Shown: in pieces, positions 1 to 8,178 of the stretch
Numbering within the stretch: the stretch's first letter is position 1
Layout: every line of letters begins with the position of its first letter
Assembly (NCBI GenBank): GCA_001766815.1
Contig: LYOS01000001.1
Span: 240,001-272,000 of the forward strand
Direction: 5' to 3'
DNA: 32,000 nucleotides
Origin: Candidatus Syntropharchaeum caldarium
Lineage (GTDB): Archaea > Halobacteriota > Syntropharchaeia > Syntropharchaeales > Syntropharchaeaceae
Translations under genes and position numbers: made by a program
The notes under the pieces: generated by a model
What the model was told of the DNA's origin: nothing
The model's input: only the letters and a program-made list of their open reading frames with translations
Database searches by the model: none

Positions 1-2
1 TG

Positions 3-1430
3 CGAGAGGAACACAGAAGGCTCAGGGAGATCGAGGAGAGTGAGAACGAACTTGCTGTGATGAATGAAGAGCTAAAAACCGCCAACGAAGACCTGAATGA
101 GAGTTATATTGAACTCAAGGAGAAAGAAGATGCACTTCTGAAAGCAAACGAAGAACTAAAAGCCACTCAGATGAGAATAGAGCGTCAGAGAGAGATTATC
201 GAGTCATACGGCAAGGTGATAGCGATACTGAACTCAGAGATTGAACTTGACCCACTAATGAAGAAGACGCTCGATGGTGTGATGAAATTCACAGGGAGTC
301 AGATCGGTCGTGTATATCTCTATGATGCAGAGAACGGGGTTCTAAGACTTCATACATCATTTGGTGTATCAGATAATGGAAACAGAGAACTCAAAATTGG
401 CGAGGGGCTGGTTGGAGAGGCTGCAAGAAAACGGAAACCCGTGGTGCTGGAAAATAATCTTGAAGGATATGAAATAAGTGCACTGGACGGCTCAATCTCA
501 CTGAAACAGATTATCTGTATCCCAGTGATCTATCAGGACGATCTTCTTGCGGTTGTTGAGCTTGGATCTGTGGACAAAATTGATGAGGACATTACTATGT
601 TCGCCGGGGATTTTGCGATACAGTATGCAACTGCTATCAAGAATGCAATGGCGTACTCGAGTATAGAAGAGCTTGCAAAGGAGCTTAGCGAGCGAAATAG
701 AGAGATTGAAGAGGCAAACAGGAAGATACAGCGAGCGGATAACCTGAAATCAGAGTTTCTGGCACGGGTATCACATGAGCTGAGAACCCCGATGACATCG
801 ATACTGGGTTTTACAAAACGTGTTATGAAGAAGTCAGAGGGAATCCTTCCTGAAAAAGAACTTAAACAGCTTGAGATCGTATATCGAAATGCTCAGGAAC
901 TTTTAAAAATGATAAATGACCTTCTTGACCTCGCAAAGATCGAATCTGGCGAGATAGAACTTGATATTACGCAGTTTGACCTCAAAGATCTCGTGGACGA
1001 ATCAGTTGATCTGGCACGCCCGCTCGCAGAGGAAAAGGGGTTGGAAATTGTCGAAAAGGCCGAAAGTATAATGATGACCTCTGACCGTGCGAAGATCAAG
1101 GAGATGCTTGTAAATCTCATCGGCAACGCGATCAAGTTCACGGAAGAAGGAAGTGTAAATATAATTACCGAGGCGCAGAACGAACACATCTGTCTCATCG
1201 TGGAGGATACAGGTGTGGGGATCAAGGAAGAGGATATTGACTGCATCTTTGATGAGTTCAAACAGGTGGGTTGCGGTTCGCAGAAGCAACATGGTACTGG
1301 ACTCGGGCTTCCGATCACAAAGAAGTACGCAGAGATGCTTGGTGGTGGTATCACTGTTGAGAGCATGGTTGGTAGGGGGACAAAATTTACGATTCAAATA
1401 CAGAAAGACCTTCAGAAGGGAGAAATATGA
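3..1430 (+). CDS. sensor histidine kinase, 5'-partial (coiled coil + GAF-like + HisKA + HATPase_c)
   Basis: The frame is open to the window edge, with no stop upstream of the GTG at 57. H-box SHELRTPM, N-box LIGNAIKFT, G-boxes EDTGVGI and GTGLGL. There is a GAF-like block before the H-box. The stop overlaps the next start (ATGA at 1427-1430). Confidence 0.85.
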   Translation, partial: REEHRRLREIEESENELAVMNEELKTANEDLNESYIELKEKEDALLKANEELKATQMRIERQREIIESYGKVIAILNSEIELDPLMKKTLDGVMKFTGSQIGRVYLYDAENGVLRLHTSFGVSDNGNRELKIGEGLVGEAARKRKPVVLENNLEGYEISALDGSISLKQIICIPVIYQDDLLAVVELGSVDKIDEDITMFAGDFAIQYATAIKNAMAYSSIEELAKELSERNREIEEANRKIQRADNLKSEFLARVSHELRTPMTSILGFTKRVMKKSEGILPEKELKQLEIVYRNAQELLKMINDLLDLAKIESGEIELDITQFDLKDLVDESVDLARPLAEEKGLEIVEKAESIMMTSDRAKIKEMLVNLIGNAIKFTEEGSVNIITEAQNEHICLIVEDTGVGIKEEDIDCIFDEFKQVGCGSQKQHGTGLGLPITKKYAEMLGGGITVESMVGRGTKFTIQIQKDLQKGEI

Positions 1431-1792
1431 GTGACATACTGATTGTGGATGACAATGAAGATATCAGGGAACTTTTTACGCTGATACTCGAAGATGAAGA
1501 TTACAGTGTGGTGGGCGTTAAATCGGGTGAGGATGCGATCAATTTACTCGAAAGAGGAGAGAAGTTTAAGCTTATTCTGATGGATGTGACACTTGGGACC
1601 GGGATGACCGGGATTGAGACGTCCAGGAAGATCAAGTCAAACCCTGCATGGCGGGATATACCGATAATCGCTATAACGGGCCTGATGTGCAAGAATATAG
1701 AGAACGCGGTCACATCAAATGAATGCGATGCTATACTCAACAAACCTGTGGATGATGACACTCTCATCGAGGTGGTTAGGAGATATACCTGA
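1427..1792 (+). CDS. CheY-like response regulator, receiver domain only
   Basis: 121 aa. N-terminal acidic pair ILIVDDNED, phospho-acceptor context LILMDVTLG, conserved AITG and K (LNKP). Translationally coupled to the upstream kinase. Confidence 0.85.
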   Translation: MSDILIVDDNEDIRELFTLILEDEDYSVVGVKSGEDAINLLERGEKFKLILMDVTLGTGMTGIETSRKIKSNPAWRDIPIIAITGLMCKNIENAVTSNECDAILNKPVDDDTLIEVVRRYT

Positions 1793-1871
1793 GAGAATTT
1801 AGAACAAACCGTCTGCAATAACCTTAATAACGTCGCTCAATAACGATGAATAATAGAGAGACGGGGCGATT

Positions 1872-2735
1872 ATGATGAGAGCAGAAGCTGAGATCGGAAT
1901 TATTGGTGGAAGTGGACTCTATGATCAATCGTTATTTGAGAACGTGCAGGAACTTGAGCTTGATACACCCTTTGGCAAACCCTCTGACCATATACTACTT
2001 GGTGAATTTAAAGGGAGGAAGGTGGCGTTTCTCGCACGGCATGGCAAGGGGCACCGAATTGCACCAGGAGAGATCAATGCAAGAGCAAACATCTATGCAA
2101 TGAAGTCGCTTGGGGTTACACACATCATCTCACCCTCTGCGGTTGGCAGCCTGAAAGAGGAGCTTAAACCGCTTGATGTTGTCATACCTGATCAGATCTT
2201 TGACAGAACAAAAGCAAGACCATCAACCTTCTTTGAAGATGGTATTGTATGCCATATCGGGTTCAAAGATCCTTTCTGTGAGAAACTTTCAAATCTACTC
2301 CTGGAAGTGGCAGAAAAAAATGGAAAAAACACTCACAGGGGCACATACGTCTGTATAGAAGGACCGCAATTCTCAACAAAGGCCGAATCACTCTTTTATC
2401 GATCATGTGGGTTTGATATTATCGGTATGACCGCACTTCCTGAAGCAAAGCTTGCACGGGAGGCTGAGATCTGCTATGGAATTATTGCAACCGTAACAGA
2501 CTACGATGTCTGGCGTGAAGCAGAGGATGATGTTACGATCGAGACCGTGATCAATAATGTGATCAAGAACGAGGCGACGGTGCGAGCAATTCTTGAGGAA
2601 GTGATACCTGCAATAGAGATCAATGAGGACTGTGCGTGCCGACATGCACTTGATAATGCAATTGTGACATCACCAGATCTAATATCGGATGATATTCGTT
2701 CAAAACTCGATCTACTCCTTCAGGGAAGAGTTTAG
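1872..2735 (+). CDS. mtnP: S-methyl-5'-thioadenosine phosphorylase (PNP/MTAP family)
   Basis: IGIIGGSGLYD N-terminus, FLARHG.GH and GMT..PEA.LAREAE motifs typical of MTAP. Confidence 0.8.
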   Translation: MMRAEAEIGIIGGSGLYDQSLFENVQELELDTPFGKPSDHILLGEFKGRKVAFLARHGKGHRIAPGEINARANIYAMKSLGVTHIISPSAVGSLKEELKPLDVVIPDQIFDRTKARPSTFFEDGIVCHIGFKDPFCEKLSNLLLEVAEKNGKNTHRGTYVCIEGPQFSTKAESLFYRSCGFDIIGMTALPEAKLAREAEICYGIIATVTDYDVWREAEDDVTIETVINNVIKNEATVRAILEEVIPAIEINEDCACRHALDNAIVTSPDLISDDIRSKLDLLLQGRV

Positions 2736-2744
2736 GAGATTTTT

Positions 2745-3863
2745 ATGGCAAAATTTGCAGCTAAGCTTGGAGAGATCGATCTATCAGGCATCAGAAAACT
2801 ATTTGAGGCTGCAGGATCAGATGCGATAAATCTTGGGCTCGGTCAACCTGATTTTGAGACCCCCAGGCATGTGCGGGAAGCGGCAAAACGGGCTATAGAT
2901 GCAGGTTTTACAGGATATACGCATGGAAAAGGGATTTTAAAGCTAAGAGAAGCGATAAGACAGAAATTTCTTCGAAACAATGGATTTGAGGTGGGTGTTG
3001 AAGATATAATCGTCACCTCTGGTGCAAGCGAAGCACTCCATATCGCACTCGAAGCACTCATAAACCCCGGTGATGGCGTCCTGATCCCTGATCCAGGTTT
3101 TGTATCTTACTTCACACTCACAAAGATCGCTGGTGGCATCCCGAAGAGTCTTAAACTCGATGAAAATTTCCGACTCGATCCTGATACACTTGCAGAAGAG
3201 ATTCAGCCCAATGACCGCGTGCTCATACTTAATTCTCCCTCAAACCCCACTGGCAAGGTTCAGAATCGCGCCGATATAAGGGCCTACACTGAGATTGCAA
3301 AGGATTACGGTCTTACAATAATCTCTGACGAGGTGTATGAGGAACTGATCTATGAAGGGTCACACGTTAGCCCTGCAAGCTTCACTGAAGATGTTGTAAC
3401 GATCAATGCGGTCTCAAAGACATATTCGATGACAGGATGGCGGCTTGGATACATGGGGGCACCTCCAGATTATATTGAAGAGATGCTGAAAGTTCACCAG
3501 TACATCCAGGCATGTGCAAGTTCAATCTCACAGTTTGCAGCGCTTGAGGCATTGACAGGTCCACAGGATTGTGTATCGAGCATGCGTGATGAATTTAAGG
3601 CAAGAAGGGATCTGCTTGTTGGGGGACTTAATCGGCTTGGTTTTGAGTTTCCGATCCCCGAGGGTGCATTCTATCTGTTCCTGAAGGTCGAGGATGAGAT
3701 GGCTTTCGTGAGTAAACTCCTGGAGAACGGGGTTGTCACAACTCCTGGATCATCATTTGGTCGCAATGGTCGAGGTTATGTCAGACTCTCGTATGCTACA
3801 TCAGGCGCAGATATAGAACGGGCGCTAAAGATCATCGAAGAAGTTTGGGTCAGGGATCGTTAG
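2745..3863 (+). CDS. class I/II PLP-dependent aminotransferase (aspartate aminotransferase-like)
   Basis: LGLGQPDF, NSPSNPTG and SKTYSMTGWRLGY (PLP-lysine context) motifs. 372 aa. Confidence 0.8.
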   Translation: MAKFAAKLGEIDLSGIRKLFEAAGSDAINLGLGQPDFETPRHVREAAKRAIDAGFTGYTHGKGILKLREAIRQKFLRNNGFEVGVEDIIVTSGASEALHIALEALINPGDGVLIPDPGFVSYFTLTKIAGGIPKSLKLDENFRLDPDTLAEEIQPNDRVLILNSPSNPTGKVQNRADIRAYTEIAKDYGLTIISDEVYEELIYEGSHVSPASFTEDVVTINAVSKTYSMTGWRLGYMGAPPDYIEEMLKVHQYIQACASSISQFAALEALTGPQDCVSSMRDEFKARRDLLVGGLNRLGFEFPIPEGAFYLFLKVEDEMAFVSKLLENGVVTTPGSSFGRNGRGYVRLSYATSGADIERALKIIEEVWVRDR

Positions 3864-3894
3864 CTATTTATAGGCGCTCCCAGAGATTTTACCG

Positions 3895-5493
3895 ATGAGG
3901 TTCGATCCTGAACGACTCAAACAGTCAGCCTGGCAGGAGGGGAAAGAGTATCTCGATTCTGCAGGGATCAACGATCGGTATCCAAGGCGATCCATGCCAT
4001 CTGGCAGAGTACATCCTGTTTTTGAGACTGTACATCGATTACGTGAGGCGTATCTCAGGCTTGGATTCGAAGAGGTTATGAATCCTGTCATCGTTGAAGA
4101 ACGCGATATCTATCGTCAGTTTGGAAAAGAAGCCCTTGTAGTTCTTGATCGCTGTTTTTACCTGGCAGGTCTACCACACCCAAATATTGGGATCTCTGAT
4201 GAGAAGATCGCTGAGATGCGTGATATACTCGAGAAGGACCTAACCGAGGATGATGTGGAGATCGTGCGCAGGATTTTTCATGCCTACAAAAAAGGTGAAG
4301 TGGAGGGGGACGATCTGGTCTATGAGATCGCATCAAAGATCAATGTTCCTGACTACCGGGTTGTATCAATGCTTGACACGGTCTTTCCAGAGTTTAAAGA
4401 ACTCAAACCCGAGCCAACACGCGAGACACTTCGAAGCCACATGACCTCTGGCTGGTTCATCACGCTAAGAAGTCTCATAGAAAAGCACCCCCTTCCGATC
4501 AATCTATTCTCTGTGGACAGGTGTTTCAGGCGGGAGCAGCGAGAGGATGCGACAAGGCTCAAAACATATTTTTCAGCATCCTGTGTTATGCTCGATGAGG
4601 AGGTTACGATCGATGACGGAAAGATGATCTCAGAAGCACTCCTGAGGCAGTTTGGATTCAGCGATTTCAGGTTCAGACTCGATGAGAAGCGGAGCAAGTA
4701 CTACATCCCTGACACTCAGATAGAGGTCTTTGCACATCACCCAGAGCTTCTCGGATCCTCGACTAAGTATGCAGATGGATGGGTTGAGATTGCAACGTTT
4801 GGCATCTACTCACCAATCGCACTCGCAAACTATGATATTCCATATACCGTGATGAACCTTGGACTTGGGGTTGAGCGGCTGGCAATGATCCTCTACGGTG
4901 CGACCGATCTGAGGGAGTTGACATTTCCACAGTTCTATGCTGATATTAAGCTTTCAGACTTTGATATCGCAAGGATGATCCGTGTCAGGTCAGTTCCTTT
5001 AAGCAGAGAGGGCGAAAAACTTGTGGATGCGATTGTTGGTGTTTGCATAGATAAGGGAAATGAGGAATCGCCCTGTGAGTATCCTGCCTGGGAAGGAAAT
5101 TTCTTTGGTAAGACAAAGACTGTAAAGGTCGTTGTGGTTGAACCAGAGGAGAATACCAGGCTCTGCGGACCTGCTTTCATGAACGAGATCATTGTCCATG
5201 ATGGAAACATCTATGGTATTCCCCGTATTGATAGGTGGAAGAAGATCTTTGATGAAGGTGTTAGCACAGGAATCAGGTTCATAGATGCGTTTGCAGCACA
5301 GGCAGCAGCACAGATCGAGCAGGCCACATTGGCGGGAGAGGAGGAGTGCGAGGTCAGGATCAGGATCGTGAAGACGCATGGTGACATCAACATCGAGATC
5401 GATCCCGTGGCAATGAACTTTTTAACAGGCAGAAAGAAGAAGATCGACCTGCGAGGGCCTGTATTTACCACGGTGAGAAGCTGGGTTCTTTGA
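3895..5493 (+). CDS. sepS: O-phosphoserine--tRNA(Cys) ligase (SepRS)
   Basis: 532 aa, collinear from memory with Archaeoglobus and methanogen SepRS: MRFDP..., VLDRCFYLAGLP.PNIGIS, RSHMTSGWFITL, FSVDRCFRREQREDATRL, KRSKYYIPDTQ.EVFA, NLGLGVERLAMILYG. Confidence 0.9.
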   Translation: MRFDPERLKQSAWQEGKEYLDSAGINDRYPRRSMPSGRVHPVFETVHRLREAYLRLGFEEVMNPVIVEERDIYRQFGKEALVVLDRCFYLAGLPHPNIGISDEKIAEMRDILEKDLTEDDVEIVRRIFHAYKKGEVEGDDLVYEIASKINVPDYRVVSMLDTVFPEFKELKPEPTRETLRSHMTSGWFITLRSLIEKHPLPINLFSVDRCFRREQREDATRLKTYFSASCVMLDEEVTIDDGKMISEALLRQFGFSDFRFRLDEKRSKYYIPDTQIEVFAHHPELLGSSTKYADGWVEIATFGIYSPIALANYDIPYTVMNLGLGVERLAMILYGATDLRELTFPQFYADIKLSDFDIARMIRVRSVPLSREGEKLVDAIVGVCIDKGNEESPCEYPAWEGNFFGKTKTVKVVVVEPEENTRLCGPAFMNEIIVHDGNIYGIPRIDRWKKIFDEGVSTGIRFIDAFAAQAAAQIEQATLAGEEECEVRIRIVKTHGDINIEIDPVAMNFLTGRKKKIDLRGPVFTTVRSWVL

Positions 5494-5601
5494 ATAAAAA
5501 AATAATTGCTTAATACCCTCCAGATCGATACACAGAGAGATGAGAATTAAATTTGAACACGATTCTCCTGACTTTGTAGAAAGCTACTGCAAAGGTTTAT
5601 C

Positions 5602-5943
5602 ATGATAAAGCGAGAGTATATTGTATGCCCATGCGGGCAGGAGGTATACATTGTGACCGAACTTGAGATAGGGAAAGAACTTGGTGAGAAGATCGAGAAA
5701 AGTCTTGATATTCTGAAGGGGATTGCAGAGAAGGTTGAGCTTCCAAAACTTGATAAAGAGAAGTTTGAGGAGGCGATAGATCTTGTAAAAGAGGCGAAGG
5801 AGGCGCTTGATATTCCAGGCATCAAAGATATGATCGGACTGGTTGAGGGAAAGCGCATCGAGGCTAAACTGAGTTTTGACAAACTGACGCTTGATGGTGC
5901 GATCAGGATTGATATTACACCAATTAAAGAAGAGGAGAAGTAG
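5602..5943 (+). CDS. hypothetical protein (N-terminal CPCG, Glu/Lys-rich helical middle)
   Basis: 113-aa ORF with coding-like composition. Followed 5 nt later by a coupled ORF. No family recognised. Confidence 0.5.
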   Translation: MIKREYIVCPCGQEVYIVTELEIGKELGEKIEKSLDILKGIAEKVELPKLDKEKFEEAIDLVKEAKEALDIPGIKDMIGLVEGKRIEAKLSFDKLTLDGAIRIDITPIKEEEK

Positions 5944-5948
5944 ATAGG

Positions 5949-6377
5949 TTGCCCATCTCCTTTGACTTTTTAAATTTGATCGAGAGTGGATCGATAAAGG
6001 CAGATCTGAAGATTGATGGATCGAGAAGAATTGGGGTTGGACTTGCGAGGGGTAAAATAAAAATTCATATCGAGGATCTCGATTTTGTGAAACTTCTTTT
6101 GAAGATCGGAAATCTCTTTAGATCCGAGCTTACTCTGACGGATATTAAAACGAGAAAGATCGGGCTTTTAGATGGGTTGAAGATCTTTAAAGGTATTGCA
6201 AAAGATCTTGCAGAAGCGAATCAGACGGTTATCGTGGTTTATGAAGGGAAGGAGATTCTAAGGATCGGCGAGGAGGCAAAGCCTCTCTTAACCGGTATTT
6301 TATTTGGGCGAATAGAAGCGGTTGATAAGATAAAGACCATCGCACTTTTCAGGGGTTTGATCACAGAAGCGAGATGA
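5949..6377 (+). CDS. hypothetical protein (TTG start, no Met codon anywhere in the ORF)
   Basis: 142-aa ORF. GAGGAG lies about 11 nt upstream of the TTG. There is no internal ATG, so a non-ATG start is obligatory. No family recognised. Confidence 0.45.
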   Translation: MPISFDFLNLIESGSIKADLKIDGSRRIGVGLARGKIKIHIEDLDFVKLLLKIGNLFRSELTLTDIKTRKIGLLDGLKIFKGIAKDLAEANQTVIVVYEGKEILRIGEEAKPLLTGILFGRIEAVDKIKTIALFRGLITEAR

Positions 6378-6933
6378 TACCAAGTACGATAAGCGTGGTG
6401 AGAGCCGTTCTAAAAGTAATTCCGAGCGTAACTGCAAGCCATGTCCTCAGAGGCGTCATTCCCATAAGCCTGCCTATCACTGAGCCTGCCACCGCTCCTG
6501 TACCCTGAAGTGGGGTTGTTACAAGGAGAATAAGTCCGAGAAATTCGAGTTTCATCACCCATTTATATCTTTCAATCATTTTTTCTCCCTTTTCCACTGT
6601 TCTCTTCACCATCGTCCCGATGCCAGGTACCTCTTTCGTATAGTCGAAATTCCAGACGACAAAGAGTGCCTGAATAGCCTCGGTGAAAACAATGAATAAT
6701 ATGAGATCAACTGCGGATATGCCAAGCGTTAAACCCACCTGAACCGCAGCTATCGGACCACCTACGGGTATAAACGAATAGATGCCAAATACCGTTGCAT
6801 ACCTTGTGCATGTCGCCTGATCAGCAAGAGTGCAAAATAGGATTACGCCTGAAAGAGCGATTAAAAAGGGAATGATCAACTTTGCCAGTGCTCCATTCTC
6901 CGCCGGCACCAGCTGCTTTACATAATTAACCAT
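6361..6933 (-). CDS. polytopic membrane protein, possibly COG2426 / small multidrug export-like
   Basis: 190 aa with about 5 hydrophobic helices. The PLQGTGAVAGSVIGRLMG segment resembles the P.PGTGAWTG motif of that family, recalled from memory. Confidence 0.5.
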   Translation of the reverse strand: MVNYVKQLVPAENGALAKLIIPFLIALSGVILFCTLADQATCTRYATVFGIYSFIPVGGPIAAVQVGLTLGISAVDLILFIVFTEAIQALFVVWNFDYTKEVPGIGTMVKRTVEKGEKMIERYKWVMKLEFLGLILLVTTPLQGTGAVAGSVIGRLMGMTPLRTWLAVTLGITFRTALTTLIVLGIISLL

Positions 6934-7087
6934 ACCCAGATACTTACGTTGTTCACTCAGATAAGCCTTTCTCCACCCATCATCTGAATATTTTGTGTAA
7001 ATCTGTAGAAAATTTTCTTCAAGAAGCGAAGGATACGCAAAGTTTTATAGTCTTTAGAGGAGACCATTACTATCTGTAGGGGATAAA

Positions 7088-7198
7088 ATGATCTACACAA
7101 TAACACTCAATCCTGCGCTGGATAGAACATTGTGGGTTAAAAAAACACAGTCAGAGGATTCACAAGGCAGCGTTATACTGGATATGATAGGAGGATAA
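7088..7198 (+). pseudogene. N-terminal remnant (36 codons) of a PfkB-family sugar kinase (1-phosphofructokinase/tagatose-6-P kinase type)
   Basis: It translates to MIYTITLNPALDRTLWV..., the characteristic N-terminus of FruK/LacC-type PfkB kinases, and then terminates at TAA 7196-7198. A TATA-like GTTTTATAG lies about 40 nt upstream. Confidence 0.45.
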
Positions 7199-7200
7199 CT

Positions 7201-8121
7201 ATGGGGATCTCTGCAGATGATGTAATTGTGCCACTGGATGTCCCAGGGGCAGCACGAGATGAATATATCGGAAACTACCTTATGATCACCAGAGAAAGTG
7301 GCCGATTGATGCTCTTTGCAGGTGATCAAAAGGTCGAGCACATGAACGATGATTTTTATGGTGAAGGTATCCACATGGATGATAGCTCCCCTGAGCATCT
7401 CTTCAGAATTGCAAGCAAGGCTAAAATAGGTGTTTTTGCCACCCAGCTTGGACTGATTGCGAGATACGGCATGGACTATCCTGAGGTGCCCTATCTCGTA
7501 AAACTGAACTCAAAAACGAACCTTGTAAAGACTGCTCAGGCAGATCCGCTGAGCCGGGCATGGTATGACGTCGATCAGGTGGTGAAATTTCGTGATAACA
7601 GCGGGCTTGAGATCCTGGCAGTGGGTTATACGATCTATCTGGGAAGTGAATATGAGGCAGAGATGCTGTATCAGGCAGCCCAGATCATCCATAAGGCTCA
7701 CCAGCATGGTTTGATAACCGTACTATGGATATACCCGCGTGGTAAGGCGGTGGTAGATGAGAAAGACCCCCATCTGATTGCAGGTGCAACCGGTGTTGCA
7801 GCATGCCTTGGCAGCGATTTCGTCAAGGTGAACTATCCCAGAAAAGAGGGCTATGACTCGCCCGAGATATTCAAAGAGGCTGTCCTATCAGCAGGTCGCA
7901 CAAAGGTTGTCTGTGCAGGTGGAGCCAGCGATGATGTTGAGGCGTTTCTGAGGCGACTTCATGACCAGATTCATGTAAGCGGTGCCTGGGGAAATGCCAC
8001 GGGCAGAAACATCCATCAGAAGCCACTCTCAGATGCCGTCCGTATGTGCAATGCCATCTATGCGATCACGGTGGAAGACGCGAGTGTGGCAGAAGCCTTA
8101 AAGATATATCATTCAAGATAG
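7201..8121 (+). CDS. class I aldolase of the DhnA/FbaB/LsrF family (fructose-bisphosphate aldolase or 6-deoxy-5-ketofructose-1-P synthase type)
   Basis: Collinear with E. coli FbaB by memory: DQKVEH, LVKLNSKT, GYTIYLGSE, VLWIYPRG, Schiff-base lysine context DFVKVNYP, C-terminal GRNI. RBS GGAGGA 6-8 nt upstream. Confidence 0.75.
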   Translation: MGISADDVIVPLDVPGAARDEYIGNYLMITRESGRLMLFAGDQKVEHMNDDFYGEGIHMDDSSPEHLFRIASKAKIGVFATQLGLIARYGMDYPEVPYLVKLNSKTNLVKTAQADPLSRAWYDVDQVVKFRDNSGLEILAVGYTIYLGSEYEAEMLYQAAQIIHKAHQHGLITVLWIYPRGKAVVDEKDPHLIAGATGVAACLGSDFVKVNYPRKEGYDSPEIFKEAVLSAGRTKVVCAGGASDDVEAFLRRLHDQIHVSGAWGNATGRNIHQKPLSDAVRMCNAIYAITVEDASVAEALKIYHSR

Positions 8122-8178
8122 GAGTTCCCGATTAGAAGAGGTAAAGTATGATGCGGCAATAATTCAGGAGAAAATAAG

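Noticed and set aside
893-1397. Minus-strand ORFs (157 aa and 131 aa) inside the histidine kinase gene.
   Set aside because: They lie entirely within a gene with clear kinase motifs on the plus strand. They are low-complexity, Ser-rich shadow ORFs.
2745-3863. Whether the PLP enzyme directly upstream of sepS is SepCysS.
   Set aside because: Its motifs (NSPSNPTG, SKTYSMTGWRLGY) are those of class I aspartate-type aminotransferases. It is not collinear with the SepCysS sequences I recall.
5925-5951. Programmed frameshift or TAG (pyrrolysine) read-through fusing ORFs 5602-5943 and 5949-6377.
   Set aside because: Read-through of the TAG hits a TAA after 9 codons. The second ORF is in a different frame, and I see no X XXY YYZ slippery heptamer in the 5928-5943 overlap. 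A TTG start with its RBS explains the arrangement more simply.
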